Origin: Octopus vulgaris
Lineage: Eukaryota
Length of the DNA: 64,000 nt
Direction of reading: 5' to 3'
Assembly: GCA_951406725.2 (NCBI GenBank)
Contig: OX597838.1
Span: 4,216,001-4,280,000, forward strand
The position numbers and the translations under genes are program-made. This document shows positions 50,959-64,000 of the stretch, in pieces. Below the pieces are notes generated by a model that ran no database searches, had not been told where the DNA came from, and worked only from the letters and a program-made list of their open reading frames with translations. The first letter of the stretch is position 1, and each line of letters starts with the position of its first letter.

Positions 50959-53900
50959 AGCAAAATTATATATATTATATATGTATATATACAATCAAAA
51001 TATATATATATATTATATATGTATATATACAAGCAAAATTATGTGTGTGTATATATATATATATACAAGCAAAATTATATGTATGTACATATAAGCTACA
51101 CAACCTCCCAAAACTAGACACACACACACACACATATCACATTTACAAGTTTGGCTTAAAACAGAAACCAGACACCAGATCCAACAATGGGAGTTGAGCC
51201 ATGCATTTATTGCTTGCTGAGAAGTTGTGGTACCGTTTCCACAGAATGATTCCTGGCAATTTTAACTGCTAAAATAATTACTTGCATAACATTTTACCGG
51301 ATAAGCTAACAATATTACTTCCTTTTATATATATATATCACAGAATAACTTTACGGCCATTGAATAATCACACACACACACACACACACACTGTTCACCT
51401 TTCTGTAAGTTGAGGGTTTGCCCTGACCTCTCTGCACCATCTGCTGCAAGACACCGGTTCCTGTCCCTCTATCATACTTTAACCCCTTATCACTCGGCAT
51501 AAAGCTCCACCTTTCACCTCAGATGAGGGGCAGGCTCTTGTCATGGTAGTTACTTGGTGGCATTACTTGTGCCAGTTCAGTGCCACATAAAATGTGTACA
51601 GTATAGTTTGTGAAGTGGTTGGTGTTAGGAAGGACATCCAGCCCTAGAAACCATGTCAAAGTAGACATTGGCGCTTGGCACAGTCCTCCGGCTCATCGAC
51701 TCCTGTCAAACCATCCCAACTCATGCCAGCATGGAAAACACTCATGAAATGATGATGATGATGATGATGGTATATGTATGTGTTTGTGTGATGTGTGATT
51801 GCATAATTTCTGATGGATTTGGAATGGTGTCATTGGATCATATGGCATGTCTTGGACAATTTAAACCTGGTGGAGCCTAACCATTTTCAGGTTTTAACTC
51901 TTACAGTTTTCCCCAAGAGAAAAAAATGTGCTGAAAAGAGAGAGAAGAACCAACAACACTACTGGACTGGTACTTTATCAACCCCCAATAAACCAAAAGA
52001 CCAAATGGACCCAGGCAGAATTTGAATTCAGAAGGAGCCAAGAACCATTGTGAAACACTGTTATTTTTGTTGGGTGTCCTAACAACAATGCCATATCTCC
52101 TTATATGGTTGTTCGCTCTCATTTCACAATCAGGATTCAGTTGTTTAATCAACGAACCTTCTTGTTTCCCTTTCTAAAGGAGATTTCATGCCAAGCAGCA
52201 TCTTTTCTCGCTCCAGCTGCACCAAAATGGCATCATTTTGGAAGACCCTATTATTTAATCGACCCCAAAAGGATGAAAAGCAAAGTTGACCTCAGCGGAA
52301 TTTGAACTCAGAATGTAGCAGCAGATGAAATACCGCAAAGCATTTCGCCCGGCGTTTCTGCCAGCTCACCGCCCTTCCCCTTGCACTCATAATTCTGCCA
52401 GCTAAACCACTTTTGTGTCTTCCACAGACATTGTCAAGCGGAATCGAGTTTGCAAGTTCCGAGGGTTTAAATTTTGTTTTATAATGTCGAATAATGTTAG
52501 GAAACGACTGAAAAAAAGTACAAATCACAAATACAAGCAGCTGAAACGGCGGGAGGTGGGGTGTTCTCTGTGAAAGATCTCTGGAGTAACAATGCTTGAC
52601 AGGGGACATTGCTTGGGGAGCAGGGAGTCTCCCCAGATTGAGCCCCCATTTGTCTTCATTAACAGATCCCATCTCTGATCTACAGACACGTCATTAGAAT
52701 TGGAAGATGGATTATTGAAGCTGAGCCAACTGGCAGGAAGACCAATAATGAGATGCTTGGATAAGATCCATAGTCTTGGCTGGTTGCACATGGGAGTTCA
52801 ACCAGAAAGCCTAATGACAGTCGTTTCCGATAGGATGTTATGAAGGAGGTGCCTGGGGACTTTACCCTTACAACTCTCCCTAGATTAATAGGCAGAGAAT
52901 AAGGGTGGATGGATGAATAATGAATGGAATTCAACTAGTTTGGATTTCAAGTCAGATTTAGCAGATGTTACAAAGCAGCCAGTTTACTATGATATTCTTC
53001 ACGGATTTGTAATCCATAGGTTCGGGAAGAGGAAGGCATGCAAGAGAGGTCCAAGTACACCCCCGGAAATTTGGTGGTGGGCAATGAAAACACTTTGAAC
53101 ATCTTGGGTTAGACCTGGGTTTGCACCTCTGAATCAAATTTCATTCGTCATCGTTTCTTTACTGCGTTAAGTAAATAAATAATAAGACGAATCTGTAACA
53201 AAACTACACTTTGCAGTCATTTAACATTCTAAAGATCTTCCTCAAATTACACACACACACACACAGAGAACCTATTGTCTTACAAAGGAAATAAACCTGG
53301 TGGACCATGGAGGTCAGTCAGAGGAAACCTGCAGTCTGCAAGACTTTCTGAAGAGCATGTGTAATAAAAAATTGTGTAGGTTGTTTGACGGTGAGCCATG
53401 TTTCATAGAGTCTACTTCTTGAAAAAAATTGCCCATGCTTCATGTAGATCCTCAATGCAATATTTCTGAATAAAACAAAAAAGATGGGATGGTCATGGCT
53501 GGACAATCTTTGATCAAAGATCTGTTCAATCAGAGCTGACCCAGGCAAAAAAAAAACCCAACAAAAAACAACAATGAACTCAAACAAATACTAAAAAAAA
53601 AAACAAAGAAAAAAAATTTGGTGGACGGTTGTGTAGTAATTAATTAATTCTGTCTATCATGTATCAAACTGGGGTTTGATTCCCTGTTAGGTGCCCCTGA
53701 ATAGCCATTGCCATTTGGGGTGGGTGGGTGGGTGAAAGATAAAAAAAAAAAATAAAATAAAGACTCCCTCCCCCCCTCAGTTAATAATTAGAAATCTCAA
53801 TTCTGAAACTTTGTCTCAGTAACACATACTCTCATATATATATATACATATACATACACACACATACATATATACATACACACACATACATACACCCATA

Positions 53901-54079
53901 CATATATATATACACACATATATATACATACATATACACATACATATATGTGTATACATACATAGACACACCAATTAGCCATTGCCTACAGACAGCAAAC
54001 ATCATCTGGAGATACACCGGTCAGTAAAGAAAAAAAAAAGGCATTTTCCTTGCCTCCACCACCACTGGACAGTGTGGTG

Positions 54080-54268
<189 letters not shown>

Positions 54269-54547
54269 TCAGTCAAAGACACAAGAGTTAATGGTTCTTC
54301 TATTAGAGTGTGTAGATAGTGCATATATGTGTATGTGTGTAATGTATGGGTGCATAGGTGTGGCTGTGTGGTAAGACACATGGTTCTTCCAAACCACATG
54401 GTTCCGGGTTCAGTCCTGTTGCACGTTATCTACTATAACCTCAGGCCAACCAGACTAAAACAGGCACTGTGCTTAGTTGATCATATCATCTGGAATTGAT
54501 ATGATCAACTAAAACCCTTCAAGACAATATCCCAGGGATGAAAACGA

Positions 54548-55110
54548 GGCAATTTCTACTCTTCTCCTCTGGACGCCATCTACTCGCAATACCAGAGGGT
54601 GCACACTCTCCTACCCTGATGTAATCTCCAGGGATACAGGCATCAAATCTAAGTAGAGACTTCAAACTTGAAATCTTCAAAGCCACAGTCGAACCAATTC
54701 TACTCTATGGCTCAGAAACCTGGACGTTATCAAAAAAGCTTGAGAGGCGGTTGGATGGATGGAACCTACACTCGCCTCCTTATGAGAGGTCAAAATCTCT
54801 CTTGGAAGCGTCATCCAACCAAAATGCAAATATATGGGAAACTACCACCTGTGTCATCTCTTGTGAAAGTTAGGAGAGTCCAGTTTGCTGGACATTGTTG
54901 TAGAGCTGAAAAAGAAGTAATTTCTACTCTTCTCTGGAAGCCATCTACTCGCAATACCAGAGGGCGCACCACTCTCCTACCCTGATGTAATCTCCAGGGA
55001 TACAGGCATCCATCGACAGGACCTCTGTAATGCTATGATGGACCGTGAGGTCTGGCGTAGCATGGTAAATTCCATTATCTTGACCACGGTCGAACAAAGA
55101 ATGAATGAAT
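54548..55110 (+). mobile_element. RTE-clade LINE 3' fragment with a rearranged duplicate of its own 3' part in front
   Basis: LYGSETW...DGTYTRLLMR...QFAGHCCRAE. Segment 54551-54643 repeats 54920-55010. Confidence 0.8.
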
Positions 55111-58100
55111 GGGATGAAAGGATAGAACAATGATGTTGATGATGGGATGACTTAGATCTCTGGACTAAAATGAAAGTCTAAATTCAATGACACCATTACT
55201 TCTCATAACTCAAATACACACACACACACACATATATATATTTTATTTATTTTTTTTTTATTTTACTTGTTTCAGTCACTTGACTGTGGCCATGCTGGAG
55301 CACCGCCTTTAGTCGAGCAAATCGACCCCGGGACTTATTCTTTGTAAGCCCAGTACTTATTCTATCGGTCTTTTTCTGCCGAACCACTAAGTGACGGGGA
55401 CGTAAACACACTAGCATCGGTTGTCAAGCAATGCTAGGGGTACAGACACACAAGCACACACACATACATATATATATATATACGACAGGCTTCTTTCAGT
55501 TTCCGTCTACCAAATCCACTCACAAGGCATTGGTCAGCCCGGGGCTATAGCAGAAGACACTTGCCCAAGATGCCATGCAGCGGGACTGAACCCGGAACCA
55601 TGTGGTTGGTTAGCAAGCTACTTACCACACAGCCACTCCTACGCCTATATATAACATATATAAACAATGATCCAATAAACAGTTAAAACCTTTACCCTGC
55701 TGACTTGGTCCTTGGTAAAGGATATCAGAGTGTAAGTTCTAATCATTTGGGTACCACCAAATGTATTGTATATCGTAATTCTATCAATCTCATCTGTTGA
55801 TTTTGTGTGTGTGTGTGTGTGTGTATGTCACAGGTGTGGTTGTGTGGTAAGAAGTTTTCTTTTCAGCCACATGGTTCTGGGTTCAGTCCTACTTTGTCAA
55901 ATGTCTTTTATCGTAGTCCTGGGCTGACCAAAATCCTTGTGAGTGGATTTGGTAGAGGGAAACTGAAAGAAGCCCTACCATTGCTTGACAACAGGTGTTG
56001 GTTTGTTTATGTCCTCATAACTTAGGTGTTAGGCAAAAGAGACTGGTAGTATAAGTACTGGGGTTGATTTGTTTGACTAAAACATCTCAAGATGCTGCCC
56101 CACCATGGCTGCAGTCCAATGATTGAAACAAGTAAAAGATACAAGATATATCATCATCATCATCACCATCATCCTCATCAATGTCACAAGGTACACGACA
56201 TCTGAAAGGGGGAGGGAGAGGTGTAATTGCTACGGTTGGGACTACTGATCATAGGTCTGCTTTATTATGGTTGACCCCGGGACTAAACAACCACAAGTTA
56301 TTGTGACCTGTACAACTACAGACAATGGGGAAAATTTTGTTAAAAATCCAGTTTTAATTATTTCGGTAAAAGGCAAAGAAAAAAAAATAACAAAAAAAAA
56401 AAGAAAAAAGAAAACGAAAATAAAAAATAAAAAGAAATTTAATTAATGCTTGAATCTTTACACTATTATACTACGTTGACTTTTATGTCAGAAAATATGA
56501 TAAAACATTGCATGTGAATGTGTGTATTTGTGTGTGTGCATCATATATGCATATATAGGAATGACACTGCATAAACCAGAAGAATGGAAATGAGTTTAAA
56601 TATTAAAGCCTTCCTGTGGGTTAAATAAGAAATGTAAACAATCTTATTTAAGCCACAGTGAAGCTTCATAAAATATATGTAGACATCCGCTTTATGCCTA
56701 TGATGTCTCAGCATTACCATTATCCAAGAAATCAATAAAATAAAAGGAATGGAGATATCTATATACACACAGACACACACAAACATATATGCATAGATGT
56801 TTAACTCGGACTTATATACACATGCAACCATGTATACCACCATATTAACAATATATATTTACATACATTGTATGCATTATTATAATACACATATATACAC
56901 CCACCCACAATGTAAAGGGTTTCTACAGTCAAATGCGTGTTATCTGATGGAACATCTTGGGTGTTACTGAGTGGCCCCCTCATCTCCCCCCACACCTTGT
57001 GGTGGTGGTGGTCGAGGGTCGTTCAGTTAATGTCAAGATGAATGCTATAACACCTGTTGAACTGATTCATATCAATTAAGAACAGTTGAGTGGAATGTTA
57101 GTTTGTAGTTGCGCTGAGCCCCTATTGGCTGTTCCCCCCCACCCCGCCTTGAAATTTCTAGCCTTGTACCTCAAAGAAATTATTATTATCATCATCAAGG
57201 TGGTGTGCTGGCAGAGTTGGTAGCATACTAGGCAAACTGCTTACTGACATTTCATCTGTCTTCATGTTCTGAGTTCAAATTCTCATTTCTTTACTACCAA
57301 CAAGGGGCTAAACACAGAGGGGACAAACAAGGATAAACAAAGGGATTAAGTCAATTACATCGAGCCCAGTGCGTAACTGGTACTTAATTTATCGACCCCA
57401 AATGGATGAAAGGCAAAGTCGACCTCGGCGGAATTTGAACTCAGAACGTAACGGCAGATGAAATACCGCTAAGCATTTCGCTTGGCGTGGTAACATATCT
57501 GCCAGCTTGTCACCAATGCTCAAGTGATTGACCCCAAAAACAATGAAAGGTAAAGTTACCTTCATATAATAATAATAAAAATAATGTAATGGCGGTGCCC
57601 CAGCATGGTCGCAGCCTCAAGGCTGAAACATAAAAGAATAAAGAATAACAATCCTTTCTACTGTGGGTACAAGGCCTGAAGTTTCGGGGAAGGGGACTAG
57701 TCAATTACATCAACCCCAGTGTATCACTGGTACTTATTTTATTGGATGAGAGGCAAAGTTGACCTCAGCAGAATTTGAACTCAGAACGTGAAGACAGACA
57801 AAATGCCGCTATTGCCTGGCATGCTAATGATTTTGCCAGCTTGTCGACTAAATAAGAGAATTAAATTGCATGGTGCCACAAGAATGAGAAGACGTCGCTG
57901 GAAAACATATGATGGAAGTCAGGATAAGTAATGGCAACTGAAAAATTTGCTGGAGTAAGGAATATTAAAAATATATTTGGCTAAAACACGTCTTACATCA
58001 AAATATTGCCAAAGGTTTCAATAAAATAAGGTACCTCTTCTGAATGCCAAAGTGGCTGACAGACAGGTGAAGAATCCTCTTACCAAAAGCCACAAAAATG

Positions 58101-59859
58101 TCTAAATCCCCACTGCCCCCAAATAAAAGCACCAACCAATGACATGGCTTCTTTTAAAAATTCTGCAAGACACTGAAATTGCCTGAGAAAATACATCAAC
58201 ATGTTGATAGAAATAATCTGCCTGAAGAATGGAAGGGTTACAGAAGCAGGGGTGGGGGCATTGTACTGCTTTGAAGACCAGCTCCAGAGAAAAAAAAACC
58301 CAAAAGACAAAGTAATGTATTCATGGTTCTTTGAGTGGGGGGCGAGGGATGGAGGTATGATTGTTAATTATCAGCAACGATTCATGGACAGTTCCACATA
58401 AAATTGCAAAACCAATATTATAACAAATCGCATCGAAAGTCTCCTGCAATCTCATGTAACTCCTAAAAGAACATAAATACTCCGAGAAGACTTTTCTTCT
58501 GTCCGGCTCTCATTCCGTTAATTATGGCCCTAAAGTTGTACAGGGCCATAATTGACTGGCAGGGGCCAACATCAACCATTATCTCAATAGCAATGGCATC
58601 AAGTTACATGCATGCTGAAATGTGGGACAATGTTTGAAAAACCATTTCTGAACTGTAAGACTTTGTAGCTGTGCCACCAGTATGCTGTTTTTAGCATTTT
58701 TTTTTTGTGTGTGGCGGGGAGCATGTTTAAATGTGCCACGATCACATTCAAGAGGGGCAGGTTGATGAAAGGGGCAGATTGACCAGATCAGTAAACACTA
58801 ACAAGATCAGACGAAATACATATACGTGTGTATATACATATGCTTGTATAAATATGTGTAAGCATGCTTGTACATGTTTGTGTATTTCTGGAGATCAATG
58901 AAAGTGGAAAACAATTGATCAGACTATCTGGGAATAAACCACAAAGAATATATATACATTGGAATGGATCATCATCACTTTATGTCTGCTTTTCCATCCT
59001 GGCATGGGTTGGATAGGATGTCACAGTTTGAGTCAGTTTTTTTTTTTTTCTTTTCCATTTCAAAGTCACTGCTGTCCTCAACAAATCACCATTCTTCCAT
59101 TCTATTTTTCGCATGGTTTCTATCTAGGCTGTCCATTTCTTTTAGTGGTCAGTCCTCTAAATTTTGTATGTAAAAAAATTTTTAATCTTCGGATTATTTT
59201 AAAATATGCTCGATCACTGGTTTTAATTGATTAATATCAATTTCTACCCTTATTTAATTTTATATATATATATATATATTTCTTTATTGCCCACAAGGGG
59301 CTAAACACAGAGAGGACAAACAAGGACAGAGAAAGGGATTAAGTCGATTACATCGATCCCAGTGCGTAACTGGTACTTAATTTATCGACCCCGAAAGGAT
59401 GAAAGGCAAAGTCGACCTATATATATAGTGTGAAGCCTCTGTACAAAAAGATGTGGCAATCAGCCCCTTACCTGCAGCACTTTATACTCAAATGTCAACG
59501 ACTGCCAGTCATAGGAATGTGACTATGACAGAGGTAAATGAATTCTTAAACAAAACTAACAGTGCAGCCCTGTGCATACCTGAGATGGTGGTGCAACAAG
59601 ACCTGCATTTCATTAATTATAACAGAATCGTTATTGTTCATAACGAGAACTTTCAATATATAAATGCATATGCACACACATTTCATGTGCACATATGCAC
59701 ACATATGCATGCATATATATATACATGCACATATATGTATAGATGCATGTCCATATGCACATATACACACACTCATACATGAAGTATATATTCATACACA
59801 CAGGGAAAGATGAAATACATCTGTGTACAAGTTTACTCATAATACATACACACACATGC

Positions 59860-59944
59860 ATATATATATATATATATATGTACATACATACATACATACA
59901 TACATATACATACATATACATACATACATACATATATACATACA

Positions 59945-59978
<34 letters not shown>

Positions 59979-60008
59979 CATACATACATACATACATATA
60001 TACATACA

Positions 60009-60040
<32 letters not shown>

Positions 60041-60119
60041 CATATATACATACATACATATATATATACATATATATATACATACATATATATATATACA
60101 TACATATATATATATATAC

Positions 60120-60153
<34 letters not shown>

Positions 60154-60216
60154 ATACATACATATATATATAAACATACATATATATATATACATAATAT
60201 ATATATATATACATAC

Positions 60217-60251
<35 letters not shown>

Positions 60252-60836
60252 ATACATATATATATACATACATATATATATACATATATACATACATATA
60301 TATATATATACATACATATATATATATACATACATACATATATATACATACATACATACATATATATACATACATACATATATATATATACATACATACA
60401 TATATAAACATATATATATATACATACATATATATATAAACATACATATATATATACATACATATATATATACATACATATAACATACATATATATATAC
60501 ATACATATATATATACATACATATATATATACATACATATATATATACATACATATATATATACATACATATATATATATACATACATATATATATACAT
60601 ACATATATATATACATACATACATATATATACATATATATACATACATACATACATATATACATACATACATATATACATACATATATATAATACATACA
60701 TATATATAATACATATATATAATATATATATATAAAATATATACATACATATATATATACATATATATATATATACATATATATATACATATATATATAC
60801 ATATATATATATACATACATATATATATACATATAC

Positions 60837-60867
<31 letters not shown>

Positions 60868-61063
60868 CATATATACATATATATATACATATATACATAT
60901 ATATATACATACATATATACATACATATACATACATATATACATATACATACATATATATACATATATACATATATATATATACATACATATATACATAT
61001 ATATATATACATACATATATATATACATATATACATATGTATATACATACATATATATGTATA
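59860..61063. repeat. About 1.2 kb (TACA/TA)n array
   Basis: Direct reading; source of the 385-473 aa Y/I/M/V/C ORFs. Confidence 0.95.
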
Positions 61064-61868
61064 TGAGGAATTCAAATGATTAAGAAATCTGTTATTGGAA
61101 CAAAGAGAACAATGGTACTTAACACGTAGTAGATGATGATGATGATGATGATGATGTCTTGCACACGGACACACACACACACACACTGGAGTCCCCTGCA
61201 CCCCCCCCCCCCACAGCTATTATTTACAGATGTACTTTCTCACACACACACACACTCTTTGGACTGCACCCCCCCACCCCACAGCAGAAAACAAGTGTAA
61301 AAAAAAAAGAAAAGAAGCAAGAAGAAAATCAACATCCAACATTGGCAGTGTGTGTGTGTGTGTGTGTGTGTCTGGGCGAGGGGTGGGGGAATGACAGTAA
61401 CAAAAACAACAACAAGGACAGTAGCAGCAGCAGCAACAACAACAATAACAACGGTAAAAACAACAACAACAGAAAAAAAGTTGGTGTTGCAGGAACTGTC
61501 AAAGAATTTCTCCGATCGACTCAGAAAAGTCTTTAGAAGAAGCAGAATGTATTATTGTTAGTTTATTCTTTCTTTCTTTCTTTCTCATGAGTTTATGTGG
61601 GTGGGGGGAGTGGGGAGGGAAGGGGGAATCTGATATGATGTGGTGGTGGTGGTCATGGTGGAAGGGATGGGGGGGGTGGGGTATCATGTGGAACGTTTTT
61701 ATTTTCTTATTTTTCTTCTTTACAGTTTTATGTTGTTTTTTTTTTTTTCGGGTTTCGTTTTTAATTTTCCGCTTTTTTTTTTCTTCTTCTTCTTCTTCCA
61801 CTTTCTTATATTTTTTTTATCCCCCAGAATTCTTGAAATTGTCAATTGTTAGCACCAAGAATTTAGCA

Positions 61869-61909
61869 TCAAAACGTCAGAACTGGCAGTTGTTTAGCAT
61901 CAAGGACAT
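61869..61909 (-). CDS. Possible terminal coding exon of an unidentified minus-strand gene lying mostly beyond the window
   Basis: Strong acceptor tattctctgttttctttacAG, then unique sequence with stops in all frames within 41 nt (xVLDAKQLPVLTF*, MSLMLNNCQF* or xCP*), followed by UTR-like low-complexity sequence. Frame and product not determinable. Confidence 0.35.
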
Positions 61910-62798
61910 CTGTAAAGAAAACAGAGAATAAAACAACAAAAGAAAGAAAAAACCATTCAGTTTGGACAGGATTTGAAATAGAAAAGAAATAGTGTAAAGT
62001 CAATAAGCAATCATCATCGTTTAACGTCCACTTTCCATGCTAGCATGGGTTGGACGGTTCAACTGGGGTCTGGGGAGCCCGAAGGCTGCACCAGGCCAGT
62101 CAGATCTGGCAGTGTTTCTACAGCTGGATGCCCTTCCTAACGCCAACCACTCCGAGAGTGTAGTGGGTGCTTTTTACATGCCACCTGCACTGATGCCAGG
62201 CGAGGCTGGCATCGGCCACGGTCGGATTGGTGCATTTTACGTGCCACCGGCACAGAAGCCAGTCGAGGCGGCACTGGCTTCGGTCACGATTCGGATGGTG
62301 CTTTTTACATGCCACTGACATGGAAGCCAGTCGAGGTGGCGCTGGCATCGGCCACGATTCGGACAGTGCTTTTTACGTATCTCCAGTCCAGGGGTCCTGG
62401 CATCTGCCGGGTGCCAAAGATGGTTCCAGATGGCCCAGCACGATCCTGTTCAAAGAAAACATGCCGGTTTTTAATTCGTTGCCTAGACTCCCGTGTGTCC
62501 CAGCTTTCTCCTGCTAATGGCCACAAGACCAACGAAACAGTTTGTCTGATCAGAGGGGCCTGAGGGGGAAAATAGTCTTGGAAACACTGCTCTGAAACCG
62601 GAGATGCACTCTACTTCTGCAGTTCCATTCTGACATATGGCATATCTTGGGGTATCTAAACTCGACAGGTCAGTGAGTAGTTTGTTCTGGGGCAAGGGGT
62701 CTTCTTGCACATCCGTTCAGCTTCCTTTCAAAAGCGAACAAACCCCAAAGCATTTCAATCTAAAAATTCAAGGACAAAAAAAATGTGAATTCGAGGTC

Positions 62799-62997
62799 AA
62801 CCCAGGTTCTACAAATTCCTGGTACCATGTAACCCAGGTTCTACAAATTCCTGGTACCATGTAACCCAGGTTCTACAAATTCCTGGTACCATGTAACCCA
62901 GGTTCTACAAATTCCTGGTACCATGTAACCCAGGTTCTACAAATTCCTGGTACCATGTAACCCAGGTTCTACAAGTTACTGGTACCATGTAACCCAG
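62799..62997. repeat. 32-bp minisatellite, about 6.2 copies
   Basis: Unit aacccaggttctacaaattcctggtaccatgt starting at 62799, 62831, 62863, 62895, 62927, 62959; no spacers. Confidence 0.95.
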
Positions 62998-64000
62998 TTT
63001 AATCTGTCTCATGCTTCATAATGAAACCAAATCCATCTCTATCCAGTTCTATCCTGATCCCTTAATTCTTCATACTAATCTGTCTGAGACCACCACCCTC
63101 GGCCCTGATACAAGCTTCTTGCTTTAATGCTTTTACTGCAGAAATCAGATATACCCACTCAAAATATAATTACTCTTAATTCTCTCTTTACTCTTTTACT
63201 TGTTTCAGTCATTTGACTGCGGCCATGCTGGAGCACCACCTTTTAGTACTTATTCTATCGGTCTCTTTTTGCCAAACCGCTAAGTGACGGGGACGTAAAC
63301 ACACCAGCATCGGTTGTCAAGCAATGCTAGGGGGACAAACACAGACACATACACATATATATATACATATATACGACAGGCTTCTTTCAGTTTCCGTCTA
63401 CCAAATTCACTCACAAGGCATTGGTCGGCCCGGGGCTATAGTAGAAGACACTTGCCCAAGGTGCCACGCAGTGGGACTGAACCCGCAACCATGTGGTTGG
63501 TTAGCAAGCTACTTACCACACAGCCACTCCTGCGCCTAATTGTGGAAAATAATTTTATTTTCCCAATCTATTTTTTGTTGAGGAATGTCTTGTTTGAAAC
63601 TATTTTCTATTGAGATTTGAGATATGTCAAGCTTATCAAAACAACAGGACTTGCAGAAAATACCAATCCTATTTTTTGGGGAGATATTTACCATCATTAT
63701 TGGAATAGCCATGGAATTTAATTTCACAGTGAAAGGATTAAAAATGATGATGATGATCGTCAACATTTACTGTCCATTTTCCAAGTTGGCATGGGTTGGA
63801 TGGTTTGACAGGAGCTGACCAGTCAGAGAACTGTCTACACTCCAGCCGTCTGTTTTGGTATGGTTCCTATGGCTAGATGCCCTTCCTAATGGCAACCACT
63901 TCACAGAGTGTTCTGGGTGCTTTTTATGTGCTACTGGCATGGGTGGATTTACATAGCACCGACACAAACACGTTTTATGTGGCACCGACACAAGTGCATT

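Noticed and set aside
59453-59660. Coding-looking ORF start MAISPLPAALYTQMSTTASH
   Set aside because: GTG start, runs into a microsatellite, no recognisable domain or splice sites.
59631-61201. Long ORFs of 385-473 aa
   Set aside because: Translations of a (TA/TACA)n array that lacks stop codons by composition.
62799-62997. 32-bp repeats resembling a CRISPR array
   Set aside because: Units are head-to-tail with no unique spacers, there are no cas genes, and the context is eukaryotic.

Overview
Eukaryotic, AT-rich genomic DNA dense in microsatellites and SINEs. It is very likely octopus (coleoid cephalopod); this is inferred from the SINE families and repeat landscape. Two convergent spliced genes can be reconstructed with GT-AG introns and consistent phases. 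The first is a Storkhead-box (STOX1/2-like, winged-helix) transcription factor on + (exons 8723-8953, 23728-24087, 27924-29563; the first coding exon is not visible in the window). The second is a complete 5-exon thymidylate kinase DTYMK on - (44690 to 35252, 224 aa). A possible terminal exon of a third, unidentified minus-strand gene lies at about 61.9 kb. The rest is tRNA-derived SINEs, RTE and REL-type LINE fragments, a decayed mariner, Tc1/pogo/hAT MITEs, one intact non-autonomous Helitron and simple repeats. Most six-frame ORFs are microsatellite or SINE artefacts. The most interesting unexplained signals are structural: (1) several minimal type-I hammerhead-ribozyme-like motifs, some in inverted pairs; (2) a three-copy hairpin family in which two copies share an identical 24-nt arm; (3) a ~240-bp foldback with G-U-biased mismatches inside the STOX transcription unit; (4) a SINE flanked by a 107-bp target-site-like duplication; (5) a duplicated, disabled DTYMK splice donor at a LINE junction. 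Everything was read by eye, and repeat boundaries are approximate.
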